Both the position numbers and the translations under genes were made by a program. A stretch of 24,000 nucleotides of DNA from Candidatus Parcubacteria bacterium (GTDB taxonomy: Bacteria; Patescibacteriota; Saccharimonadia; Saccharimonadales; Saccharimonadaceae), in assembly GCA_023391075.1 (NCBI GenBank), contig JAEWBQ010000004.1:60379-84378 (forward strand), given 5' to 3'. Positions 14,970-23,488 of this stretch are shown here, piece by piece (within the stretch, counting starts at the first letter, position 1; each line of letters begins with the position of its first letter). Under the pieces are notes generated by a model. The model did not search any database and was not told the DNA's origin. It saw only the letters and a program-made list of their open reading frames with translations.

Positions 14970-15170
14970 ATGTCGAAGGAGCGTATTATTACCCTGGGCG
15001 ACTGCCTGGCTGAAGCGGGCGAGCTCGCCGTTGCGAAGGGAACCGTATTTGTCGGTTTCTGCTTCGCCGGGCTGAGCGTCGTCGCCAGTCTGCTCTACTG
15101 GCCGTACTCCGTGATCAACGAGCGCATCGCCTCGCGACGTCGGCCACTCCAGCTCACTTCTCACCGGTGA
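14970..15170 (+). CDS. Small single-TM hypothetical protein (66 aa)
   Basis: GAGGAGGTACC-ATG, hydrophobic segment GTVFVGFCFAGLSVVASLLYW, strong downstream terminator. Confidence 0.7.
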   Translation: MSKERIITLGDCLAEAGELAVAKGTVFVGFCFAGLSVVASLLYWPYSVINERIASRRRPLQLTSHR

Positions 15171-15214
15171 GCAGTCCCCGTACCCCTTTTGACACCGATG
15201 ATCATCAGGGGGGT

Positions 15215-15243
15215 AGCGAATCAGATGTTCTGATTCGCTTTTT
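15215..15243 (+). terminator. Intrinsic terminator for the 66-aa gene
   Basis: AGCGAATCAGA-TGT-TCTGATTCGCT perfect 11-bp stem followed by TTTT. Confidence 0.93.
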
Positions 15244-15254
15244 CATTTCCAAAT

Positions 15255-15283
15255 AAATACACCTCCGCGCCGGAGGTGTATTT
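15255..15283. terminator. tig terminator, possibly bidirectional
   Basis: AAATACACCTCCG-CGC-CGGAGGTGTATTT perfect 13-bp stem immediately downstream of tig stop. Confidence 0.85.
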
Positions 15284-15294
15284 TAGTCAATCGA

Positions 15295-16581
15295 TTACTT
15301 CGAATTCAGCTTCACCAATTCATCAACCGTCTTCTCGGTCAGGAGTCGGTTGGCGATATCGCGTCGTGCTTCTGGGGTGTCGAGCTGACTCAGAACCTGT
15401 GGGCTATTTGCGTACTGCTTTTTATACAGTTCAACATGCTCATCAAGTTCTTTATCAGTAGCAGTCACCTTGAGTTCCTTGCTCAGTTCGGCCAGTACCA
15501 GACCAGCCTGAACGCGTGACTCAGCGATGTCGTGGACTTCTTTGTCGAGCCATTCTTCCTTGGTCTTGAAGCCCTTGCTTTCGATGTACTGGTCGAGCGT
15601 CGCACCCTGATACATCAGGTTCTGCATCATATCGGTTTCGATCGAACGCTCTTGGTCTTTAACCAGGACTTCTGGTGCCGCGACAGTACTGACATCGATA
15701 AGTGCCTTGACGAGATCGTCCTTGCGCTTTTCGCCAGCTTCACGCTCTTTTTGCTCGGTCAACTCGCGCTTGATGTCGGCTTTAAGTTCGTCGACGGTCT
15801 TAAAGGGACCAGCCTTGGCGGCAAAGTCATCATCAACCTTTGGTAAAACGACTTCCTTGAGCTCCTTGAGGGTGGTCGTAAAGGTTACCTTGGCACCCTT
15901 TAGTTCGGCCGCGTGGTAATCTTTTGGAAATTCCAGGTCGAGGTCAAATGTCTCGCCAGGCTTCTTACCAACGACCCCTTCTTCAAACCCGGGGATAAAC
16001 GAGTTGCTACCGAGTACAAGCGGATAGTCGTTACCCGTGCCACCATCAAAAGCAACGCCGTCTTTCTTGCCGATAAAATCGATCGTTGCTTCGTCGGTCA
16101 GCTTCGCCTCACGCTCGACGGCTTTCTTTTCAGACATGCCGTTACGCATACGTTCGATGATTTCATCGACTTCTTTCGCAGTAACGCTGATTTTTGCCTT
16201 CTCTACCTTGAGTGACTTGTAGTCGCCAAGGGTAACCTTAGGGATGATCTCGGTTTCGGCAGTGAATTCAAGTTCTTGGCCAGGAACGTACTTCTTGATT
16301 TCAACCGCAGGACGGTCAAGCGCCTGGATGTCTTCGGCCAGATACGCCTCAGCAACGGCTTTGCTTAGCGCGTCTTCGAGCGTCTGCTCGGCAAGCGCTT
16401 CGGGATTTACGTGCTTGGCAGCAACGCTAGCCGGTACATGACCGGCACGGAAGCCAGGAGCTTTTACATTCTTCGCAAGCTTCGTCAGGGCAACTTGTCC
16501 TGCCGCTTCGAGCTCTTCTTGGCCGAGGACGATCGTCAGCTCAACCTTGGTGTCGGATAGGTGTTTTACAGTTGTCTTCAT
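15295..16581 (-). CDS. tig: Trigger factor (peptidyl-prolyl isomerase/chaperone)
   Basis: 428 aa; N-terminal ribosome-binding domain with LAKNVKAPGFRAGHVPA (GFRxGxxP signature), PPIase-like and helical C-terminal regions. Confidence 0.95.
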   Translation of the reverse strand: MKTTVKHLSDTKVELTIVLGQEELEAAGQVALTKLAKNVKAPGFRAGHVPASVAAKHVNPEALAEQTLEDALSKAVAEAYLAEDIQALDRPAVEIKKYVPGQELEFTAETEIIPKVTLGDYKSLKVEKAKISVTAKEVDEIIERMRNGMSEKKAVEREAKLTDEATIDFIGKKDGVAFDGGTGNDYPLVLGSNSFIPGFEEGVVGKKPGETFDLDLEFPKDYHAAELKGAKVTFTTTLKELKEVVLPKVDDDFAAKAGPFKTVDELKADIKRELTEQKEREAGEKRKDDLVKALIDVSTVAAPEVLVKDQERSIETDMMQNLMYQGATLDQYIESKGFKTKEEWLDKEVHDIAESRVQAGLVLAELSKELKVTATDKELDEHVELYKKQYANSPQVLSQLDTPEARRDIANRLLTEKTVDELVKLNSK

Positions 16582-16583
16582 AC

Positions 16584-16612
16584 TTGTTCTAATATAACAG
16601 ATATGAGGTGGG
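16584..16612 (-). promoter_or_regulatory. Putative tig promoter (about TTGTTG-N17-TATATT, extended TG)
   Basis: -10-like TATATT lies 9 nt before the tig ATG with no SD; coordinates approximate. Confidence 0.45.
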
Positions 16613-16632
16613 GCAACAAATCACCTCTAAGA

Positions 16633-17214
16633 CTAGTTGAAATCAATCAGCCGGGCGGCACGCATCATGTAGGTCGTGCGCGGACCAGACGGACAACCCT
16701 GAGATTCGACGCTCGTTAGGCTCGCGGCGTCATCAGCAGTCTGATTGGCGACGTACCAGAACAAACCATATTTGCCCGTATTTGTGCCACAAGGATAAAA
16801 CATCACTGACTGCGATCCATCTTTTACACTTGAGCTGTAGGCGGTATTTGGAGTAAATGAACTGCGCGTAAAGTTGGCTGGGATGAGATTCTGCGACCGA
16901 AGCATGTCCTCAAGAGAGCATGTATAGGCACCAGCAAAAATCCATCCTCCCGTACCGTCGCTGCAGTTTCCCGAGGCGTTCACCGCCACGGTTGAGCTCC
17001 AGCCTCCGAGTGGCCTTTGTCCTGTGTTAAGCCCCCATGTGCGTATGGCGGTCTCTAATTGCTGAGCAGCGTTTCGTGTGCGACTGTCCTGAGCACTGGC
17101 CTGAACCCCGTTATATGCGACGATCACGATCGCAGCAAGAATAGCGATAACGATGATCACGATGAGTAATTCAACGATTGTAAATCCAGGGGTACGCCGA
17201 GACACTTTAACCAT
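16633..17214 (-). CDS. Type IV pilin/pseudopilin-like protein
   Basis: Prepilin N-terminus RRTPGFTIVELLIVIIVIAILAAIVIVAYNGVQ with G/F cleavage context and Glu at +5. Confidence 0.9.
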   Translation of the reverse strand: MVKVSRRTPGFTIVELLIVIIVIAILAAIVIVAYNGVQASAQDSRTRNAAQQLETAIRTWGLNTGQRPLGGWSSTVAVNASGNCSDGTGGWIFAGAYTCSLEDMLRSQNLIPANFTRSSFTPNTAYSSSVKDGSQSVMFYPCGTNTGKYGLFWYVANQTADDAASLTSVESQGCPSGPRTTYMMRAARLIDFN

Positions 17215-17294
17215 AACTGCTTTGATGATATCACGAAATAGCTACGTGATGAAAATAGCCTGATAGGTTGCTCAGAGCGACAATGCGTTTGTAT

Positions 17295-18632
17295 TTATTC
17301 GAATAAATCAGCGTCAGGATCTTCCGCGCGGTGACGACGATCCTTGACCGTTGAAACGATACGCTCGAAGCTCAGCTTTTGCTCTTGGGCAGTAGAGGTG
17401 TCCTTGAACGTGTACACTTCCTTGCTAAGCTCGTCTTCGCCGACAAACAGGATGTATGGGACGTTCTTTTTGAGTGCAGTCTTGAGCTGCTTATCGAGCT
17501 TACGGCCTGTCACATCCAGCTCGGTCTTCACGCCTTCACTACGTAAATCGGCGGCAAGTTTAGCGGCACCGTCGGCGGAATCACCTAGCACGGCGACATA
17601 GACTTCGGTCGTAGGAGGTAATTCAGGTAAGAGCTTGTGAACCTGCAAAAACAATTCCGTCATCGTGAGGCCTGGAGCCATACCGACAGCCGAAATCGGT
17701 TCCGCACCAAACAAGCCGACAAGCCCGTCGTAGCGGCCGCCGCCGAACAGCGAGCGGTTATTGTCGGGGTGGGTGTCGAAGAATTCAAAGACGGTGCCGG
17801 TGTAATAATCAAGCCCACGCATCAGCGTGATGTCGAACACGGCGTTCTTGACGCCGGCATTTGAGAGGTGCGTGAATAGTTCCTGTACCTCCTGGACCGC
17901 GCTATTGCTGCGAATCTCATCAGGCAGTTCACTCATGCTTTTAGCACTCAGCAGCGTGGCAATCTTGGCAAGGCCGCCTGGCGCCATGTCGTCACCGAAG
18001 ATTGCGATTGCTTGATCACGAAAGTCCTCGTGCGAAATCTTGTTCTTGCGGTCGAACAGTTTGATCATGAGCTGAGCCTGGACGGCGTCGAGCCCGAGAT
18101 ACTGGGCCATCATGAAGTTAATGACCTTACGATTGTTGACCTTGATGACATACATATCATCCTTCGCACCAAACGTACGCAGGAAGTCTGCACCCATCGT
18201 GATAATCTCGGCTTCGGCCAGTACGCCGTCAGCCCCGAAGATATCGACATTCAGCTGCCAGAACTCACGTTCACGACCACGCTGCGGGCGCTCATACCGC
18301 ATAAAGTTCGCGATACTAAAGAGGCGTGCCGGATATGCCAGCTCCTGACGCTTGGCTGCGACCATACGACTGACCGATGGAGTCATCTCTGGGCGAATCG
18401 CAACCGTACGGCCGCCGCGATCAGTAAATTGATACGTCTGCTCACCGACCAGTTCCTGTCCAGACTTCGCGGCATAGACTTCGAGCGGCTCAAGGATCGG
18501 CGCACCATACTCTTCGTAGCCGTAACTTTCAGCCACATGGCGCCATTTGCCAAAAATATAATTTTGGATGCGTTTTTCGGCAGGGTAATAATCGCGCGTA
18601 CCCTTGTATGGCTGTGATGAAAGTGTACTCAT
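17295..18632 (-). CDS. hisS: Histidyl-tRNA synthetase
   Basis: KGTRDYYPAEKRIQ, class II motifs (VAIRPEMTPSVSRM), histidyl motif GLDYYTGTVFEF and GGGRYDGL. Start taken at MSTLSSQPYKG. Confidence 0.96.
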   Translation of the reverse strand: MSTLSSQPYKGTRDYYPAEKRIQNYIFGKWRHVAESYGYEEYGAPILEPLEVYAAKSGQELVGEQTYQFTDRGGRTVAIRPEMTPSVSRMVAAKRQELAYPARLFSIANFMRYERPQRGREREFWQLNVDIFGADGVLAEAEIITMGADFLRTFGAKDDMYVIKVNNRKVINFMMAQYLGLDAVQAQLMIKLFDRKNKISHEDFRDQAIAIFGDDMAPGGLAKIATLLSAKSMSELPDEIRSNSAVQEVQELFTHLSNAGVKNAVFDITLMRGLDYYTGTVFEFFDTHPDNNRSLFGGGRYDGLVGLFGAEPISAVGMAPGLTMTELFLQVHKLLPELPPTTEVYVAVLGDSADGAAKLAADLRSEGVKTELDVTGRKLDKQLKTALKKNVPYILFVGEDELSKEVYTFKDTSTAQEQKLSFERIVSTVKDRRHRAEDPDADLFE

Positions 18633-18680
18633 AACAGAGACAATTGTTGCATATTTTACCGCAGAGAGCAAGGACGAGCG

Positions 18681-19322
18681 TTATCCGCGCAGCTGACGAT
18701 CCTCGCTCAGATGCGGACGCGTTGCATAGTATGCCAAAGACGACGAAGCCATTCGATGCTCGTTCCAGACATGACGAGCTTCCAAAAAATCTTCTGCCAG
18801 CTCCTCTCGATGCTGCACTATCGCCTCAGGTGCTGCGAGCTGCGAGCGGCGCAGTACGATGCCGACCGGTAGAACCGAGTGCTCACTCCCCAGCGCTTCT
18901 TGAAGCACAAGGCCGCCAAGCAGCCTCCGTTGCCGGTCAGTTAGCCCTAGCTCAAATATCAACAGCGTGTTTGGATTCTTGTTCGTATGACGCATATGCA
19001 TGCCGACAACCGGCAGATGGTCACTTTGAAGCTGCGCCAACCTCTTGCGTTCCTCGGCGAGCAGCTCGTTTTCTACCGGGTCGTAGCGGATGCCGTCGTT
19101 GTCGCTACGGTCATAATGAAATATCTTTGCATGCAGTGAGTGGAGGGTCGTGGCGCCGATCTTTGATGCCATGGGCATATCGGGGCGAGCCTCAGGGATC
19201 AAAAAACCGCGCACGGCGCGGTCAAGCTCATGGTTGGGCGTAAACCCAATACGGATCGTCTGCTCGCGACGCGGAGCAGGCTGGAGATACTCAAGCGGAC
19301 TCTTGTCAATCCTAGCCGTCAT
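18681..19322 (-). CDS. Hypothetical protein (213 aa)
   Basis: Complete ORF with normal composition, co-oriented with neighbours; no family recognised. Confidence 0.65.
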   Translation of the reverse strand: MTARIDKSPLEYLQPAPRREQTIRIGFTPNHELDRAVRGFLIPEARPDMPMASKIGATTLHSLHAKIFHYDRSDNDGIRYDPVENELLAEERKRLAQLQSDHLPVVGMHMRHTNKNPNTLLIFELGLTDRQRRLLGGLVLQEALGSEHSVLPVGIVLRRSQLAAPEAIVQHREELAEDFLEARHVWNEHRMASSSLAYYATRPHLSEDRQLRG

Positions 19323-19349
19323 CGTATCTTCAGTATGGAGTATAGGATT

Positions 19350-19955
19350 CTACTTCGTCAAGCGGTATTTTTGCGTCCAGGCATACATCATAATGCCCGC
19401 CGCTACGCCGACATTTACGGAACGGGTGCTGCCGAATTGCTCGATCATGACCATTTGCTCACTTGCGGCAATCATTTCCGGCGACAGGCCTGGCCCTTCG
19501 CCGCCAAATACCAGTACTGCCCGCTCAGGCAAGTTCACCTGCGACAGCGGTGCCGCACCAGGCTGGTTATCGACCGCGATGATATGCCGATCGCCCATAG
19601 CCGTCACAAAGTCAGCAACGGTCGCATGATGAACGATTTCGAGGTAGCGGTCCGTCACCATGGCGCCGCGCCTGTTCCAGTGCCGGCGGCCGATAATATG
19701 CACCGCCGCAACGTTAAACGCATTTGCGCTGCGCACGATCGTCCCGATATTCAGATCATGCTGCCAGTTTTCAATCGCCACGTGGAGGCCGGAGCTCCGA
19801 GCCGTCATATCAGCCTTTATCGCCTCGACCGTCCAATAGCGATACCCGTCCTCGACGTTACGCCGGTCACCGCGAGCGAGTAATTCCCTGTCGTAGCGCG
19901 GATCATCGGGCCATGGCAGCGGGTGCGGACCGACCCCGATCTCCTGTTCATTCAT
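19350..19955 (-). CDS. TrmH/SpoU-family RNA methyltransferase
   Basis: SPOUT motifs NIGTIVRSANAFNVAAVHIIG, LVFGGEGPGLSPEMI, STRSVNVGVAAGIMMYAW. Confidence 0.93.
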   Translation of the reverse strand: MNEQEIGVGPHPLPWPDDPRYDRELLARGDRRNVEDGYRYWTVEAIKADMTARSSGLHVAIENWQHDLNIGTIVRSANAFNVAAVHIIGRRHWNRRGAMVTDRYLEIVHHATVADFVTAMGDRHIIAVDNQPGAAPLSQVNLPERAVLVFGGEGPGLSPEMIAASEQMVMIEQFGSTRSVNVGVAAGIMMYAWTQKYRLTK

Positions 19956-19961
19956 AGACTC

Positions 19962-19967
19962 ATTATA
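19962..19967 (-). promoter_or_regulatory. TATAAT -10 box 6 nt upstream of the SPOUT methyltransferase ATG
   Basis: Minus strand GGGTATAAT-GAGTCT-ATG. Confidence 0.5.
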
Positions 19968-20032
19968 CCCTCATCGACACGCGTCGTCCTGCGTGATACG
20001 CTAACAGTAGTAATACGTACACAAGGAGCCGT

Positions 20033-20857
20033 ATGGAATCACCCGTCCCCTCATCCCGCCCCGATTACATCAACAACCCTTTTACGGTTGCGGTGCGCGG
20101 TCTCAACCTGCTGTTTCTCCACGGCCAAAATATTGCGATACTACTGATCGTACTCGCCGTCTTAAACTACCTGCCCAATACTAACCGCTCAGCACCTACC
20201 CAGGCCGCCATACCCTCCTTACAGGCAGCTTTCAGTGCATTGCCGATTATCATCACTACAGGAGCTGTCGTCCTCGTCGTACTCCTCGTCGTTGCCGCCA
20301 TCATTAATGGTATATGCGGCTACACGACGGCGCGTATCGCACGGGGTGAATCGGTGACGCTTTCAGAAACGATAAAGGCGGTGTTTGCCCGCTTCGGTGA
20401 CGTACTTTTACTGCAGTTCTTACTAGCCCTGAAGCTGCTTGGATGGACCCTTCTCGGCATCGTGCCGGGCGTTATCATGTCTATCCGCTACACGTTTGCG
20501 ATGACCATCCTTTTCGACAAAGATGTTACTGGGAATGCCGCGATTAAGCAGAGCATTGCCTTGACGCGGCGCAGCTGGATTACGACGTTTGGTGCCTTGA
20601 CCGTCTTTAATGTCGTCACTTTCGGTATCATCACCTTACTGGTGCAGACAGCCTCATCAGCCATCCTTTACCGCCAATTCATCTCTACACCTAATGACGA
20701 GCGGCCAGCTCCGCACGGGCTGTCGATTGCCGCGTTGGTATTGTCGATTATAACGGTCGTCATTGTCGTCTTAGGGATCGCGGCACTCGTGGGGTATGGG
20801 GCGACTCACGGCTGGTTCCAGCCTGGTGGAACGGACGGCGCGTACCAAAAAGCATAG
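20033..20857 (+). CDS. Polytopic membrane protein of unknown function
   Basis: 274-aa ORF with several long hydrophobic segments; CAAGGAG upstream of ATG. Confidence 0.8.
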   Translation: MESPVPSSRPDYINNPFTVAVRGLNLLFLHGQNIAILLIVLAVLNYLPNTNRSAPTQAAIPSLQAAFSALPIIITTGAVVLVVLLVVAAIINGICGYTTARIARGESVTLSETIKAVFARFGDVLLLQFLLALKLLGWTLLGIVPGVIMSIRYTFAMTILFDKDVTGNAAIKQSIALTRRSWITTFGALTVFNVVTFGIITLLVQTASSAILYRQFISTPNDERPAPHGLSIAALVLSIITVVIVVLGIAALVGYGATHGWFQPGGTDGAYQKA

Positions 20858-20933
20858 CAAGCGCAACTATCACCTCGCATTGCTCGTGATCCTCTAGCTT
20901 TTCGGAGCACGGAGGCTCAAGGCACATATCATA

Positions 20934-20977
20934 CACCAAAGAAAAGAGAGACCATATGGTCTCTCTTTTCTTTGGTG
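20934..20977 (-). terminator. Perfect 44-nt palindrome overlapping tRNA-Leu 3' end
   Basis: CACCAAAGAAAAGAGAGACCAT|ATGGTCTCTCTTTTCTTTGGTG, 22-bp arms, no spacer. Confidence 0.85.
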
Positions 20978-21059
20978 CGGATGAGAGGACTTGAACCTCC
21001 ACGCTCTTGCGAGCACTAGCACCTGAAGCTAGCGCGTCTACCAATTCCGCCACATCCGC
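20973..21059 (-). tRNA. tRNA-Leu, anticodon CAG
   Basis: Minus strand GCGGATG...GGCGGAATTGGTAGACGC...CTAGC-TTCAGGT-GCTAG...GGTTCAAGTCC...CATCCGC-A-CCA; long variable arm TGCTCGCAAGAGCG; encoded CCA. Confidence 0.97.
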
Positions 21060-21083
21060 ATGTCGTGGAAATAATACTTACTT

Positions 21084-21112
21084 ATCGTACGCGGTTCGGA
21101 CGTATTTTTCAA
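21084..21112 (-). promoter_or_regulatory. Putative tRNA-Leu promoter TTGAAA-N17-TACGAT
   Basis: -35 21107-21112, -10 21084-21089 (minus), identical hexamers and spacing to the putative rpsL promoter. Confidence 0.6.
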
Positions 21113-21116
21113 GAGG

Positions 21117-22745
21117 TTAATTCGCGAGAGATTGATCGGCTACCCGCGATACGTCATAGTCAGGACGGAGCTGCGAGACCAGCGTACGGATATCAACCGC
21201 CTGCTTTACCCCTGGATTTAATATTCCATGCGGATCAAAGATATGCTTTACCGCATCGAACAGCTCACGGACTTCCTTGTCCAGTTGTCGGTATGCCACC
21301 GGCGCTTTAATGCGGCCTTCACTCGCCTCGGCAATCACCGCACCGCGTGCGGTATCGACGATAGTTCCAAATTCATCGAGCAATTTGAAGATCTTCTGCT
21401 TGTCACTGACCTTGCTGAGCTGGAGATGTGGACGAGTATACCAGATATTGTCATTCATGTCCGCATACAGCCCGATCGTGACGTGATGCTTTGCAGCGAG
21501 AGCGTCGACGGCGTCGATGAACGCTTCGCGGTGTTCGGTCGGGACGAATACACCGTCAAGCAGCGGCGGCGCGGACACGCCCTTGGCATCAGGCCGGAGC
21601 GTATAATTCGTCACGTCGCGAATCGCGAGCAGCTTGCTGATATCCTCGTCATCCGAGGTCGTCACAAGCGCATCAGTCGGTTCTAGGCGTTTCAGTGCCT
21701 TCTTCAGCTGGCGCGCAGCCGCATGCTCGCTGAAATCTTCAAATACCGCCACGATAGCAGCTCGGTGATCAACGACCGATACTGCTGCGTACGTCTTTCC
21801 CTGCTTACCAGCCTCCTGAAACAACTCGCCATCGTAATATTCAAGAATAGACGGCTCAAGCTCATTCAGACCATCAGCTGCATCACGCGCCGCCTCGGCA
21901 GTCGGGAACGCCGCCACAAGCGCAGTACGTTTACTAGGAGCAAATTCTGCCTTCATGATCATTTCAGAAATGATACCGAGCGTACCCTGCGAACCGGTAA
22001 ACAGCGGCGTAAGGTCAAATGAGCCATCAGGACGCTTAACATCACGAAGCGCCGTATAGCCAATCGCGTCACGGGTATTCTCGCCGGCGAGCTTATCGAT
22101 AATTAACTCTTTGTTGTCCTCGATCAGGTTGTCCAGCTTACGGTAGATATCACCTTCGAAACCTGGCAGTCCTTTTTTCTTGCTAAGGTCACGCTTTGAC
22201 AGGCGCTCGGTTTGCAAAATGTCACCGTTTGCCAGTACTACCTCCAGCTGATGCGTCCAAGCGCGCATCGTGCCATAGCGTGCAGTACGGGAACCGCCCG
22301 CATTATTTGCCACAGCGCCGCCGATCGTACTATAGGCGTACGATCGCGGCAGAGCTGGCAGCATCATACCCTGGAGCAGAAGCATGTCGTGTAGCGCCTG
22401 CGCATTCATGCCTGGCTGTAAGCGAACCAGCTTTTGGCGCTGATCAAATTCGAGCGGCTGGTTCATGTGGGCAGTGAGTGCCAAAACGACTCCGCGCCCA
22501 ATTGCCGCACCCGTCTGATCTGTACCGCTGCCACGAGCCGTAATCGGCAACACGTGCCCCTTTTCGGCCAGCTGCCAGGCAAAGCGAGCTACTTTGCGGA
22601 TGTCATTGGTTACGCGTGGATAGACGACCATTTCGGGGGTTTGCTGCAGCACGCTCGCGTCCGTACTGAGCGCGGCGAGGATTGCGGGCTGAATCGAGAC
22701 TTCACCAAGGATATGTTCTTGCAAGTAGGCGGCAACTTTACTCAT
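21117..22745 (-). CDS. FAD-binding oxidase/dehydrogenase (GlcD-like)
   Basis: 542 aa; FAD-linked oxidase N-domain (VLPITARGSGTDQTGAAIGRGVVLAL...IGGAVANNAGGSRTARYGTMRAW) and C-terminal HPDGILNPG-like IFDPHGILNPGVK. SD GAGGGA. Confidence 0.93.
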   Translation of the reverse strand: MSKVAAYLQEHILGEVSIQPAILAALSTDASVLQQTPEMVVYPRVTNDIRKVARFAWQLAEKGHVLPITARGSGTDQTGAAIGRGVVLALTAHMNQPLEFDQRQKLVRLQPGMNAQALHDMLLLQGMMLPALPRSYAYSTIGGAVANNAGGSRTARYGTMRAWTHQLEVVLANGDILQTERLSKRDLSKKKGLPGFEGDIYRKLDNLIEDNKELIIDKLAGENTRDAIGYTALRDVKRPDGSFDLTPLFTGSQGTLGIISEMIMKAEFAPSKRTALVAAFPTAEAARDAADGLNELEPSILEYYDGELFQEAGKQGKTYAAVSVVDHRAAIVAVFEDFSEHAAARQLKKALKRLEPTDALVTTSDDEDISKLLAIRDVTNYTLRPDAKGVSAPPLLDGVFVPTEHREAFIDAVDALAAKHHVTIGLYADMNDNIWYTRPHLQLSKVSDKQKIFKLLDEFGTIVDTARGAVIAEASEGRIKAPVAYRQLDKEVRELFDAVKHIFDPHGILNPGVKQAVDIRTLVSQLRPDYDVSRVADQSLAN

Positions 22746-22851
22746 GAATTTCCCTCATTTGGTACTATCATACCACAAGCGCTATGCCATTGAATCGTAA
22801 TGTGGCATTTTTGCTAGGCAGCTGCTAGAATAAGAAAGTTCTATTCCGTCT

Positions 22852-22936
22852 GCGCGAGTGGTGGAATTGGTAGACACGCTAGCCTTAGGAGCTAGTGCCT
22901 CCGGGCGTGAAGGTTCAAGTCCTTTCTCGCGCACCA
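22852..22936 (+). tRNA. tRNA-Leu, anticodon TAG
   Basis: GCGCGAG...GGTGGAATTGGTAGACACG...CTAGC-CTTAGGA-GCTAG...GGTTCAAGTCC...CTCGCGC-A-CCA; long variable arm; encoded CCA. Confidence 0.97.
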
Positions 22937-22945
22937 AGCAAAATT

Positions 22946-22967
22946 GATCTCTTCGGAGATCTTTTTT
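22946..22967 (+). terminator. Terminator of tRNA-Leu(TAG)
   Basis: GATCTC-TTCG-GAGATC followed by TTTTTT. Confidence 0.93.
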
Positions 22968-23013
22968 GTTGGCAAACCCTAACGCTCCTTCCATAAAATG
23001 CAAATACCACAAG

Positions 23014-23436
23014 CTAGCTACCACTCGGTTTGCAGTCGTAATACTGACTGTAGCCCGAGGGATACGTGCCCGGCCGGTAGTAGCCGGGCCACCCGGGATA
23101 CGTCACGTACCCGGGATGACTGTTGTCCGGCTGCGGAGCGGGAAGCTTTTCGGGAGCGGTCGCAGGATGCGCGACCTCGGGATGGGCCTCGCCGCTTGTA
23201 GCGTGGCCTCCTCCGGAGGTGCCACCGTCAGCTGCATGCCCGCCGGAAGATTCGTGTCCGCTGCCGCCACCATGTCCGCCACCACCACCTCCCTTCTCGG
23301 GAGCGTAGATAGCGAGGGTGACACTATTTGTCCCGATCGCGGTAGGGGTGTCGCACGACTTCTGCTGGCCACATGCCGTCAAGGACAGCGCGGCAAGGAG
23401 TGTGATTCCAGCCGCCGTAACCAATTTGCGAAACAT
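23014..23436 (-). CDS. Putative lipoprotein with Gly/His-rich low-complexity region
   Basis: MFRKLVTAAGITLLAALSLTAC lipobox; GGGGGGHGGGSGHESSGGHAADGGTSGGGHATS. Confidence 0.75.
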   Translation of the reverse strand: MFRKLVTAAGITLLAALSLTACGQQKSCDTPTAIGTNSVTLAIYAPEKGGGGGGHGGGSGHESSGGHAADGGTSGGGHATSGEAHPEVAHPATAPEKLPAPQPDNSHPGYVTYPGWPGYYRPGTYPSGYSQYYDCKPSGS

Positions 23437-23488
23437 ATGTTTCCCTTCTTGCAAAGATGATTTGAGGTCCGATGATCTATCAATTATA

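Noticed and set aside
18012-18617. 201-aa plus-strand ORF opposite hisS
   Set aside because: Entirely antisense to a conserved aminoacyl-tRNA synthetase; no independent support.
18644-19883. Plus-strand ORFs 18644..19243 and 19230..19883
   Set aside because: Antisense to the 213-aa ORF and the methyltransferase; low-complexity Arg/Ser/Ala composition typical of spurious frames.
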